Shown here piece after piece: positions 46,915 through 53,854 of a stretch of 53,895 bases of DNA. The notes beneath the pieces were generated by a model that did no database searches, was not told the DNA's origin, and was given only the letters and a program-made list of their open reading frames with translations. The stretch comes from a virus. Its lineage: Duplodnaviria > Caudoviricetes. Where the stretch lies: the IMG/VR virus record IMGVR_UViG_3300020472_000035, positions 1-53,895 of that record, one strand, 5' to 3'. Made by a program: the position numbers and the translations under genes. How positions within the stretch are numbered: position 1 is the first letter of the stretch; each line of letters begins with the position of its first letter.

Positions 46915-47082
46915 TTATTTTTCTTTAGAACGATTTATAAGACTAATGAACTTATCAGCAGCAAATGTACCGCCAATACACACATCAATATCATCTCCGT
47001 CATCCCATACGGGTTCACCATTCTTTTTACGCATATCCAGAGCTTTCTCTAGATCATCAATTATCTTTTGCGTTATTTTCAC
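46915..47082 (-). CDS. Small conserved-looking cyanophage protein (55 aa, not in track)
   Basis: GTG start after GAGG; KITQKIIDDLEKALDMRKKNGEPVWDDGDDIDVCIGGTFAADKFISLINRSKEK. Confidence 0.7.
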   Translation of the reverse strand: MKITQKIIDDLEKALDMRKKNGEPVWDDGDDIDVCIGGTFAADKFISLINRSKEK

Positions 47083-47245
47083 GGATATCCTCATGTAATT
47101 TGGCTAGTGCTGCACGCACTTCAGGAGTTTCATCCCACTCCCACACATTACTATGCTTAGGATTCTTTTTTTCCTGTGTCCATGTTCGTTTTGTCATAAG
47201 GTGGCTCCTCTTCTCCAACATAATGTTTGAATTTTTCCGTATCAA
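47057..47245 (-). CDS. Hypothetical protein (true start probably a later Met)
   Basis: VWEWDETPEVRAALAKLHE core; overlaps both neighbours. Confidence 0.5.
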   Translation of the reverse strand: MIRKNSNIMLEKRSHLMTKRTWTQEKKNPKHSNVWEWDETPEVRAALAKLHEDIRENNAKDN

Positions 47246-47468
47246 AGTAAGAAGTGTAGTTAAATTTACCTTCTCTCTCGTCTAATACCTCATTAAGAAG
47301 TATTTTCAACTCCTTAACATATGTATCAGTGAACAACCGACGAGGTTTCATGATAGCAGGTTTATGAACTTGCGCTTTTCCCTTATACTTTGCTGCTTCT
47401 TCAGGAGACATAGGACCACCCATTCCCTGAGTGTCTATGTAACTTCCTGGTATTGGTTTATCAGACAT
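47157..47468 (-). CDS. Hypothetical protein (start re-called to MSDKPIPG)
   Basis: ATG at 47468 overlaps the stop of the upstream 52-aa ORF. Confidence 0.65.
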   Translation of the reverse strand: MSDKPIPGSYIDTQGMGGPMSPEEAAKYKGKAQVHKPAIMKPRRLFTDTYVKELKILLNEVLDEREGKFNYTSYFDTEKFKHYVGEEEPPYDKTNMDTGKKES

Positions 47469-47619
47469 AATCAAATCTCTCTGCGATGCCTCTTGCGTGG
47501 CGATTGTGCTCAATTAGTTTATTTACCCATATGCGTTCAGCAAGAGTAGTATGCCGATTCAGTTTTACCTTACAACAGATTTCAACTAAACGGCATCTGT
47601 ACTCTTTACTTAGAGACAT
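47461..47619 (-). CDS. Small hypothetical protein (52 aa, not in track)
   Basis: MSLSKEYRCRLVEICCKVKLNRHTTLAERIWVNKLIEHNRHARGIAERFDYV; abuts both neighbours. Confidence 0.65.
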   Translation of the reverse strand: MSLSKEYRCRLVEICCKVKLNRHTTLAERIWVNKLIEHNRHARGIAERFDYV

Positions 47620-47620
47620 A

Positions 47621-47767
47621 TCAGCGTCCTTGTCCACGATACTTCTTCTTCGCGGAATTACGAGACGATGGTGCGTATTTTGTTAAAGCACTGCGTCCTT
47701 GACGTGTTTTCTTCGGTTTTGACTCAATATAGTCCTTATTTGAGTTCCAAGCTACTGCTTTTGCCAT
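47621..47767 (-). CDS. Small Lys/Arg-rich basic protein (48 aa, not in track)
   Basis: MAKAVAWNSNKDYIESKPKKTRQGRSALTKYAPSSRNSAKKKYRGQGR with GGAG upstream; resembles a peptide I recall near gp25 in cyanomyoviruses. Confidence 0.75.
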   Translation of the reverse strand: MAKAVAWNSNKDYIESKPKKTRQGRSALTKYAPSSRNSAKKKYRGQGR

Positions 47768-47785
47768 AAAATACTCCGTTTTTGG

Positions 47786-48040
47786 TTAAATTTTGCCGAA
47801 AGTGCGTGATTTTCCCTCTAAATCGTCTAATCTTTTGAAAATAGTGTCAAAAGTATCGAATAATGACAGATAATCGTCATATCCGTAGGGTTTATAGAAG
47901 GTTTTATCACTTGTTGGCTGTTCAGCTACACGTTTCTCTAGTTCATTAAGTCTATCAATGATTTGCTTTAAACCATCACCAAGAGCTTTGTTGAACTTCC
48001 ACTGTTCTAGCCAATGTTCATCATACTCGTGTTCTGACAT
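47786..48040 (-). CDS. Hypothetical coiled-coil protein
   Basis: 84-aa ORF with two heptad segments. Confidence 0.7.
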   Translation of the reverse strand: MSEHEYDEHWLEQWKFNKALGDGLKQIIDRLNELEKRVAEQPTSDKTFYKPYGYDDYLSLFDTFDTIFKRLDDLEGKSRTFGKI

Positions 48041-48194
48041 TATATTCTATCACAATTTTCTTAGAAGATCTACCCGTGCTGTTTAGGGTTTCAGTTCTTT
48101 GCATTGTTCCACCTAATTCACCTGTAATGCAAAGAAGTTCAGCAATTAGTTCTCCTTCATCAAGAGAATGGAATTTATCCTCTTCAGTGGTCAT
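48021..48194 (-). CDS. Small hypothetical protein (57 aa, not in track)
   Basis: MTTEEDKFHSLDEGELIAELLCITGELGG...GRSSKKIVIEYNVRTRV; ATGA overlap with the upstream stop. Confidence 0.65.
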   Translation of the reverse strand: MTTEEDKFHSLDEGELIAELLCITGELGGTMQRTETLNSTGRSSKKIVIEYNVRTRV

Positions 48195-48409
48195 TTTTTA
48201 GTACTAAAATACTTCTCGATGACTACTAACTGATCTTCATAACGTGCAATCTTATCCAATTCGCATTGAATTGCTTCTGAAATGTCAGAATGCTCTCCAA
48301 TACCTACTGGATGTTCCAGATAGACGTTAACATTCACTTTATGTTTGGCTATCTCACCTTTAGCGTGAGCAATCACTGCCGCTAACAATTGTTCTCTCAT
48401 ATGTAACAT
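48191..48409 (-). CDS. Conserved hypothetical marine-phage protein (helical hairpin)
   Basis: HAKGEIAKHKVNVNVYLEHPVGIGEHSDI.EAI..ELDKIA motif. Confidence 0.8.
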   Translation of the reverse strand: MLHMREQLLAAVIAHAKGEIAKHKVNVNVYLEHPVGIGEHSDISEAIQCELDKIARYEDQLVVIEKYFSTKK

Positions 48410-48430
48410 GTAATTGTTTTGATTATATCC

Positions 48431-48673
48431 TTATATATCGAAAAAGTCAAGCATTATCTCTCTATGTTTCCAAGTGAGACCGCTTGTAGACCCTTTACAA
48501 GCATTTATACACGTCTCATCACTCAATTCGTTACAAACTAGACCAGCAAGGTCATGAGGGCACGCTTCTCGTCCTGTAGCCCAGTACAATTGCCCATCTA
48601 ACCATCTCGCTTCACAACAAGGGCATTCCTTTATACTAAGACTCGTGGATCGCCGCCGACGGGGGTTACTCAT
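48431..48673 (-). CDS. Cys-rich hypothetical protein, possibly metal-binding
   Basis: CPCC..RWLDGQLYWATG...DLAGLVCN...CINACKG. Confidence 0.75.
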   Translation of the reverse strand: MSNPRRRRSTSLSIKECPCCEARWLDGQLYWATGREACPHDLAGLVCNELSDETCINACKGSTSGLTWKHREIMLDFFDI

Positions 48674-49262
48674 ACAATAGCTCCTTTACTGTAATAGGAT
48701 CGAATCCAGATATTCCACAATCATAAGACCCAGGTATTTCTTTTCCCATTATACCTTTATATTTAAAAATTAGCACATATCTGTTATGTAAGTAATAAGG
48801 TGTGGGTGTTCGCGCCGAATGAGGTATTCTACCATCAAATATAACAACTCGACCAGGCTTAGGTAGTATACTCTTATAGATCTCTAACTCATCATCATAG
48901 AAAATAGTCTCTCCACCGTAGTTAGGATGCCAATGTGAGTTCAAATATACCATCATAGTATATCCCTGATGTATATGAGGTGCACAGTCACAGTGGATAA
49001 CAGGCGCATCACCGAACTTAAGAACATTAACATATACAGAATAACACTCAGTCGTTGGTACAGGTATACCACATAACTCAATACGTGATAGTATATTCTC
49101 TACAAAAGGATCAGTTAACTTAAAATCCTTCGTATAATACAAAGCACGTAGATCTACATCACCTTCCTGATTATTATCATACCTTCCACAAACATAAGAA
49201 AACTGCACGAGGTCGTCATGCAGTTTCTTAGATGCTATATCAGTATCATAATATTGTATCAA
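48666..49262 (-). CDS. 2OG-Fe(II) oxygenase (prolyl-hydroxylase-like)
   Basis: HxD (HCD), YLNSHW...GGETIFY, PKPGRVVIFDGRIPH (distal His) and a downstream Arg. Confidence 0.92.
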   Translation of the reverse strand: MIQYYDTDIASKKLHDDLVQFSYVCGRYDNNQEGDVDLRALYYTKDFKLTDPFVENILSRIELCGIPVPTTECYSVYVNVLKFGDAPVIHCDCAPHIHQGYTMMVYLNSHWHPNYGGETIFYDDELEIYKSILPKPGRVVIFDGRIPHSARTPTPYYLHNRYVLIFKYKGIMGKEIPGSYDCGISGFDPITVKELLYE

Positions 49263-49507
49263 GCTTCTTCTTCCTTCTTAGTATTTGCATTGATACCTTT
49301 CTCAGCAGCATAAAGAGCAAAAGTTTTGGTTGCCAGACCTTGCATTAACTCTTTGATATTATCTGAGTCATTCTCATCACATGCATTAGTCTCAAAACAT
49401 CCTACTACACTCCCTGCTACAATAGCAAGTTCTACTACCACTACAGCAAATACTAATCGAAATGCCCATTGTCCAGTGTTAAAACCTTTCTTTAAGAATC
49501 CTGTCAT
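49259..49507 (-). CDS. Small membrane protein
   Basis: 82 aa with the hydrophobic segment LVFAVVVVELAIVAGSVVGC. Confidence 0.7.
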   Translation of the reverse strand: MTGFLKKGFNTGQWAFRLVFAVVVVELAIVAGSVVGCFETNACDENDSDNIKELMQGLATKTFALYAAEKGINANTKKEEEA

Positions 49508-49668
49508 TATTCTTCTACCTTTTTAAGTGTGAACTTATTATCTAGCACATCGTATTGAAGATCGCTGTCGGTATCCCATCCAAGTTCTTCGCAAATATCG
49601 TAGGGAATTGTTAATATCAAATCTCCGAAGTCATCTTCCTCCAGACGTGTAGTGAATCTCTTGCTCAT
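49507..49668 (-). CDS. AbrB/MazE/SpoVT-like small DNA-binding protein (53 aa, not in track)
   Basis: MSKRFTTRLEEDDFGDLILTIPYDICEELGWDTDSDLQYDVLDNKFTLKKVEE fits the G.L.LTIP..I...LGW..(G)D.L pattern; coupled to both neighbours. Confidence 0.7.
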   Translation of the reverse strand: MSKRFTTRLEEDDFGDLILTIPYDICEELGWDTDSDLQYDVLDNKFTLKKVEE

Positions 49669-49880
49669 AGTCTATTTGTTTGTGTGTACTCTCTGGGATG
49701 ACTTGATTTCCATTTCTCCCACGATGTATATAGTGCCTCCTTGTCTTCGGGTCTACCAGAGATGGCACATTGTTGTGCACACTCATACATCCGAGGGTCT
49801 AGGAACCCCTCTTTTCTGAGTAATTGCTCTAAACACCATACACGATCGTCCTGTGCTTCTTGGGCGTTCTTGTCAATCAT
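49665..49880 (-). CDS. Hypothetical protein
   Basis: 71-aa first ORF of the accessory run. Confidence 0.7.
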   Translation of the reverse strand: MIDKNAQEAQDDRVWCLEQLLRKEGFLDPRMYECAQQCAISGRPEDKEALYTSWEKWKSSHPREYTQTNRL

Positions 49881-49993
49881 TTTTTTACCTGTGGAAAATT
49901 TTTAATGGTGGTAATTTTTTTATTTTTTTATTATATAACACTAGCGTTTGGGAACCTTTGTAGGTTAGGGTAGTAAGCTTTTTAATATAAACG

Positions 49994-50007
49994 GCCCCCG
50001 AAGGGGC
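49994..50007 (-). terminator. UUCG-tetraloop hairpin, probable terminator of the early cluster
   Basis: Minus strand GCCCC-TTCG-GGGGC followed by CGTTTATATT (weak U tract). Confidence 0.6.
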
Positions 50008-50054
50008 AAGATCATAGACCACCACTGCGATTTGGGTGTCTATTCTTTATACTC

Positions 50055-50285
50055 TCATGCTAGATTGTCAAGGTCTGATTGTAACATAAGAGCACAATCC
50101 TTGGCAGTTTGTGAACCCATCCACTTGTTAATATGTCTGCTAGTTGTTACTGACCAGAATTTGTCGGTCTTTACGTAACCCTTGCCGAAGACATATGCCG
50201 CTACTGGAGTTTTATATGAAAACAGAATCCTTGCGTCCTCTGTCTCAACTTCAGTCATGTTTGAGGCAATTGGGGTAAGTTGCAT
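50055..50285 (-). CDS. Conserved hypothetical early phage protein
   Basis: LFSYKTPVAA...KFWSVTTSRHINKW motif; AGGAG RBS. Confidence 0.85.
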   Translation of the reverse strand: MQLTPIASNMTEVETEDARILFSYKTPVAAYVFGKGYVKTDKFWSVTTSRHINKWMGSQTAKDCALMLQSDLDNLA

Positions 50286-50311
50286 GAGTGCTCCTTTTGA
50301 TTTATACTAAT

Positions 50312-50356
50312 ATTATACATGCCTCAGAGGGGCATTGGCAAGTACTTGTAACACTT
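50312..50356 (-). promoter_or_regulatory. Early promoter: AAGTGTTAC box, TTGCCA -35, TATAAT -10
   Basis: Seen directly; 18-nt spacer; box 30 nt upstream of the -10. Confidence 0.75.
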
Positions 50357-50543
50357 AGTCTATTGGCACATGGTAGCAGAGACCTTCGGCGAGTAATCGT
50401 GTGCATGATTTGTTTATACTTTCATCCTCCGAATATTGTTCCGTATCTAACATAAATTGGCAGTAATCTACAAGGTCATTGTTGTTAAGTTGTGGAAAAC
50501 TCTCGGAGAGTTGTTTATACTTTCCTGGGAGATACATTGACAT
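50355..50543 (-). CDS. Hypothetical protein
   Basis: 62-aa ORF whose stop overlaps the promoter box. Confidence 0.6.
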   Translation of the reverse strand: MSMYLPGKYKQLSESFPQLNNNDLVDYCQFMLDTEQYSEDESINKSCTRLLAEGLCYHVPID

Positions 50544-50709
50544 TGTTGATAGTTTGTATTGATAACATTATAGACGATTTCTGATAGATTGTCAAGTAAT
50601 TGCAGTGTGTTAAGTAACATTGACGTGTCGGTAATCTGTGCGCTAAGACTACAATTAACGGAGACATTTATCAACGTTAAAGTAAACACTAATACATTTA
50701 TATTACCAT

Positions 50710-50880
50710 TTAATTGTTTTCAACATTTTCATCATACTTTTCCACAGAGGTGTTAGAAACCTTCCACAATTTGTGTTTTCTAATGTATTCCCAAGTAATA
50801 CAAGTTGTCTCCTTAAGTGTCATAAACACATACCTAATTTGATCTGCGGAACTAACACTTTTGTTAGGTAATTTGCTCAT
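50710..50880 (-). CDS. Small hypothetical protein (56 aa, not in track)
   Basis: MSKLPNKSVSSADQIRYVFMTLKETTCITWEYIRKHKLWKV...; starts just after the upstream stop. Confidence 0.5.
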   Translation of the reverse strand: MSKLPNKSVSSADQIRYVFMTLKETTCITWEYIRKHKLWKVSNTSVEKYDENVENN

Positions 50881-50886
50881 AATATA

Positions 50887-51186
50887 TTATTGTATGTCAC
50901 TGTATCTATACTCCTGTGACTTATAACTTGTTTGTGTAATCTGTTGTTCTTTCTTATCATTTTCTTCTTTAATCTTGTTACGTGTAATGAATATAAGTTT
51001 TCCCCAATCCTGTGGATAAACTAATATATTACTCTCTCTATATCCTGTCATATAATTATCATCTTTCCACCTATTTGTTGTCACTGTAATGTATAATTCA
51101 TCAATGTAATTAACCCTGCCTATATCATCATTTAATTGGACTAATTCGCCTTTAATGAAGTTATACTTAGAGAGCATAATTACCAT
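50887..51186 (-). CDS. Hypothetical protein (SH3-like beta pattern)
   Basis: 99 aa; KGELVQLNDDIGRVNYIDELYITV. Confidence 0.65.
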   Translation of the reverse strand: MVIMLSKYNFIKGELVQLNDDIGRVNYIDELYITVTTNRWKDDNYMTGYRESNILVYPQDWGKLIFITRNKIKEENDKKEQQITQTSYKSQEYRYSDIQ

Positions 51187-51264
51187 CCATTCTTTTGTGC
51201 TTCTCGTCTATCTAGGTAGTCTAAGTATTCATCACCTGTCATAGATTCTTCCCAACAAGATGTA

Positions 51265-51504
51265 CTATATGCCGATGAATTTCTTTGAGTTTCTAATAAC
51301 GAGTTTGTCATCTGCTCGGATTTCTTCTTCAGTATCCTTGTCATATATGACGACTGTTTGTGATAGTTCTTCTGGGGAAAGTTCATTGAGTTGTTGTAAC
51401 AATTGTTGGTAAGTCATAGTTTCTTTGTTATCTTCCTCATACTGCAATAAGTCGATTGCATGTGTTAACAATGTCCAAGGGATTAGTTGGAAGTGGACTG
51501 ACAT
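51265..51504 (-). CDS. Hypothetical early protein (start possibly at the internal MTYQQLL)
   Basis: MTYQQLLQQLNELSPEELSQTVVIYD pattern. Confidence 0.6.
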   Translation of the reverse strand: MSVHFQLIPWTLLTHAIDLLQYEEDNKETMTYQQLLQQLNELSPEELSQTVVIYDKDTEEEIRADDKLVIRNSKKFIGI

Positions 51505-51629
51505 AATTCAGGGTCAATTTTACACCATTGTTGAAACTTTTCATATTGTAATTGGTGTTGCTTATCTATTATCGAGTGACCTATATTCACTCCTACGATA
51601 ACAACAACTCCTAATAAGAATAATCTCAT
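51483..51629 (-). CDS. Small single-TM protein (48 aa, not in track)
   Basis: MRLFLLGVVVIVGVNIGHSIIDKQ...WCKIDPELC. Confidence 0.65.
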   Translation of the reverse strand: MRLFLLGVVVIVGVNIGHSIIDKQHQLQYEKFQQWCKIDPELCQSTSN

Positions 51630-51637
51630 AATTATAT

Positions 51638-51859
51638 CTATGCTCCCTCAAATTGTGCGCCGTCGTTATCCACAATTATGTCCCATATTTGGATATAATT
51701 AGATAACCAACTAGATTGATCTTCTGTAAGACTATTATCAGTATAGAGCAAATCATCAGCACTAATAAACTCTTTGCCTTCCTGATTGCACCAGTCTGAT
51801 AATACTTCAGTGAGAAATTCAATTTGATTCATGATAAGAATTGGGGATAAGATTAGCAA
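51638..51859 (-). CDS. Hypothetical acidic early protein (start probably MNQIEF)
   Basis: ISADDLLY...LTEDQSSWLSNYIQIWD. Confidence 0.65.
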   Translation of the reverse strand: MLILSPILIMNQIEFLTEVLSDWCNQEGKEFISADDLLYTDNSLTEDQSSWLSNYIQIWDIIVDNDGAQFEGA

Positions 51860-51873
51860 TAAAAAATGAAGAC

Positions 51874-52029
51874 TTATTGTGCTAGGTCTTCAAAGCGTTC
51901 TCTAGTGATCTTTTCAGCGAGTGCCTCAATCTCCTGGTGATCGAAACAAGCAGCGAATTTATCGACTAGTTCAGAATAGACCTCTTCGTAGATGTTTTCT
52001 AGGATGGTCTCGTTTTGTAAGCATGACAT
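51874..52029 (-). CDS. Small acidic early protein (51 aa, not in track)
   Basis: MSCLQNETILENIYEEV...ERFEDLAQ; GGAGG RBS; TAATG coupling. Confidence 0.7.
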   Translation of the reverse strand: MSCLQNETILENIYEEVYSELVDKFAACFDHQEIEALAEKITRERFEDLAQ

Positions 52030-52181
52030 TAGTAGGATTGCCTCCATAGTGATTGAATTGAATTAATGATCTCAGGATCGTTGATTTGGGATAGAATAGC
52101 GTCCCACTGATCTTCTGAGAAGAAATCCCACATTAGGTTTAGTTCCTTGTGAGAATAGGTCTTACCGTTGATTTCAAACAT
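52029..52181 (-). CDS. Small early protein (50 aa, not in track)
   Basis: MFEINGKTYSHKELNLMWDFFSEDQWDAI...; AGGAG RBS. Confidence 0.65.
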   Translation of the reverse strand: MFEINGKTYSHKELNLMWDFFSEDQWDAILSQINDPEIINSIQSLWRQSY

Positions 52182-52184
52182 CGA

Positions 52185-52493
52185 TCAAACTCCTAGGTCT
52201 AGAAGTAGATCTTTGAGATAAGTCTCGGCGCAGTCCTCTGCATCTGAGATATTATCGAAACGACCGAGATCGATTTGATCACCAACAATGCAACCATTAT
52301 CGGTATAGACCATAGTACGAACTTCAAAACGGTCGTTACCGTAGTGATAGATCGCAAGATTAGGATCTAGATCGTTCTCACGTCTGTAGACATCGAACAT
52401 ATTGGTTGTTACACCACGTGACCACTCGAAACCGAGATAGTCGTCACAGAGATTGATTGACTGTGAAAAAAGAGATTTAATTGAATTTGACAT
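52185..52493 (-). CDS. Hypothetical early protein
   Basis: 102-aa ORF downstream of an early promoter. Confidence 0.75.
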   Translation of the reverse strand: MSNSIKSLFSQSINLCDDYLGFEWSRGVTTNMFDVYRRENDLDPNLAIYHYGNDRFEVRTMVYTDNGCIVGDQIDLGRFDNISDAEDCAETYLKDLLLDLGV

Positions 52494-52559
52494 AATTTTG
52501 AAATTGAATGTTTGTTACCTTGTTTGGATTTGGTTTTATCCCTCATCCTTTATGCTTTA

Positions 52560-52605
52560 AGCATAGCATAGATTTAGGGAAAAATCAAGCGGTCTTGTGC
52601 CACTT
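52560..52605 (-). promoter_or_regulatory. Early promoter: AAGTGGCAC box, TTGATT -35, TATGCT -10
   Basis: 17-nt spacer; box 31 nt upstream of the -10. Confidence 0.7.
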
Positions 52606-52850
52606 TAAGCACCTGCATAGAGTAGGTTGAAATCGTCACCAGTTCTTTCGTATCCATTCTCAGTGACCATGAAACGATCTAGTGTAGGGATGTCTAGATC
52701 AGGATCATCGAAATCAATACCTGCTGCGTGATCGACTCCCCACTCTGCTAACTCCTGAACAAACTCTGACCAGTCAGCACATACACAGGCAACATTTTGG
52801 AAATTCTCAACCTGTAGTATTCTTTGCATGATCTTGGAAGTTTTGTTCAT
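52605..52850 (-). CDS. Hypothetical acidic early protein
   Basis: 81-aa ORF downstream of an early promoter. Confidence 0.75.
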   Translation of the reverse strand: MNKTSKIMQRILQVENFQNVACVCADWSEFVQELAEWGVDHAAGIDFDDPDLDIPTLDRFMVTENGYERTGDDFNLLYAGA

Positions 52851-52876
52851 AATGTTCTTTTCTTTGGTATATACCT

Positions 52877-52935
52877 ATTATACACATAAAAAACCCCCAT
52901 TTGGGGGTTTAGTGTGCCTCTTTGTCAACTGTCAA
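52877..52935 (-). promoter_or_regulatory. Early promoter: TTGACAGTTGACAAAGAGGCAC box and TG-extended TATAAT
   Basis: GAGGCAC box 31 nt upstream of TATAAT; no -35 at the standard position. Confidence 0.7.
52888..52910 (-). terminator. Rho-independent terminator embedded in the promoter spacer
   Basis: Minus strand AAACCCCC-AAAT-GGGGGTTTTTT. Confidence 0.75.
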
Positions 52936-53089
52936 CCTCTATCGGTTCTAGGTCAAACTCGAACATATAATAATCGAGTGAGACACCTGCTGCCTTTGGA
53001 CCATCGTTCAGAAATGACTTGTATGACTTCTTAGAGTCGAAGTCAAGGACGTGATACTCGGTTTCTACTCGGTGTGCTTGCTTTGCCAT
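52925..53089 (-). CDS. Small early protein (54 aa, not in track)
   Basis: MAKQAHRVETEYHVLDFD...AGVSLDYYMFEF. Confidence 0.65.
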   Translation of the reverse strand: MAKQAHRVETEYHVLDFDSKKSYKSFLNDGPKAAGVSLDYYMFEFDLEPIEVDS

Positions 53090-53218
53090 TTGGATTTAAG
53101 ATCAGGTTATGTAATTTGGACAATAATGGTTTGTTGAGTTCTGGGGAATAAAACTCGTTTTGGTCTGACCCCAGAGAATAGCAGAGGTGTTTGACCTCTG
53201 CCCTTGTTAGGTTGATGT

Positions 53219-53587
53219 TCATCTGATGTAGAGATATCCACCTGCCCAGTCAGCACGTGCTAGGCACTCCTCACGCTGATTGATAATGCGGAGATCATAG
53301 CGGACGTGCTTTGCTGGTGCCTTCCAAGATGCTGGTTTGTATACCTCACCAGTTTTCTTGTCTACGAATGCATGGACACCACCAGACCACTCTTTGCCAT
53401 CTGCTCCAATATCCTTAGTGATGATCTTCCAGTACTTGCGTCCACCGACTGCCTCGAATCTCTTATCATTATGTGAGTCAGGATACTGACGCTCGTAATT
53501 TGCCTCTAGAGCGTCACATAGATCAAGAACCCACAACTCCACTCGTGCATCAAGTGGAAGGTTTGGAATGTAAGTTGAAGCGGTCAT
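53219..53587 (-). CDS. Conserved hypothetical early phage protein
   Basis: GRKYWKI...VHAFVDKKTGEVYKPASWKAPAKHVRYDL motif; GAGG RBS. Confidence 0.88.
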   Translation of the reverse strand: MTASTYIPNLPLDARVELWVLDLCDALEANYERQYPDSHNDKRFEAVGGRKYWKIITKDIGADGKEWSGGVHAFVDKKTGEVYKPASWKAPAKHVRYDLRIINQREECLARADWAGGYLYIR

Positions 53588-53613
53588 AAAGTCCTCTTTG
53601 ATTTGATACTGTT

Positions 53614-53658
53614 AGTATAATGGATTTTGGTCACTCATAGGAAAAATGTATGACACTT
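53614..53658 (-). promoter_or_regulatory. Early promoter: AAGTGTCAT box and TATACT -10
   Basis: Box 30 nt upstream of the -10; no clear -35. Confidence 0.65.
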
Positions 53659-53854
53659 AGTAAGGTGTACCATCACCATGTATTTTCCACTCATTTTTGC
53701 TTACCATCTTCTTACATGACTGGCAACCAAGAGCAGACCATGCAAAATGATGGACTCTCTGAGTAGAGTAGCATGAGGGGCACGTGATGAACTTGCCCCA
53801 GTGACCTGCTCTAGTATATCTGTCAACTGATTTCAATTCTGAAAAAATTGGCAT
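53657..53854 (-). CDS. Zn-ribbon-like small early protein
   Basis: CPSC...HHFAWSALGCQSC (two CxxC); AGGAGG RBS. Confidence 0.8.
   Translation of the reverse strand: MPIFSELKSVDRYTRAGHWGKFITCPSCYSTQRVHHFAWSALGCQSCKKMVSKNEWKIHGDGTPY

Noticed and set aside
47520-47527. GGTAAATA as a late promoter
   Set aside because: It mismatches NATAAATA and lies inside a coding sequence.
49950-49974. TTAGGG telomere-like repeat or G-quadruplex
   Set aside because: There is only one exact TTAGGG and too few G tracts; the segment is kept only as part of the junction element.
50468-50689. 73-aa minus-strand ORF
   Set aside because: It overlaps the more plausible 62-aa ORF, has no clear RBS, and spans an AT-rich, probably regulatory gap.
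51180-51386. 68-aa minus-strand ORF as called
   Set aside because: Most of it overlaps the 79-aa ORF in another frame; only the short tail (MTGDEYLDYLDRREAQKNGW) might be a real micro-ORF.
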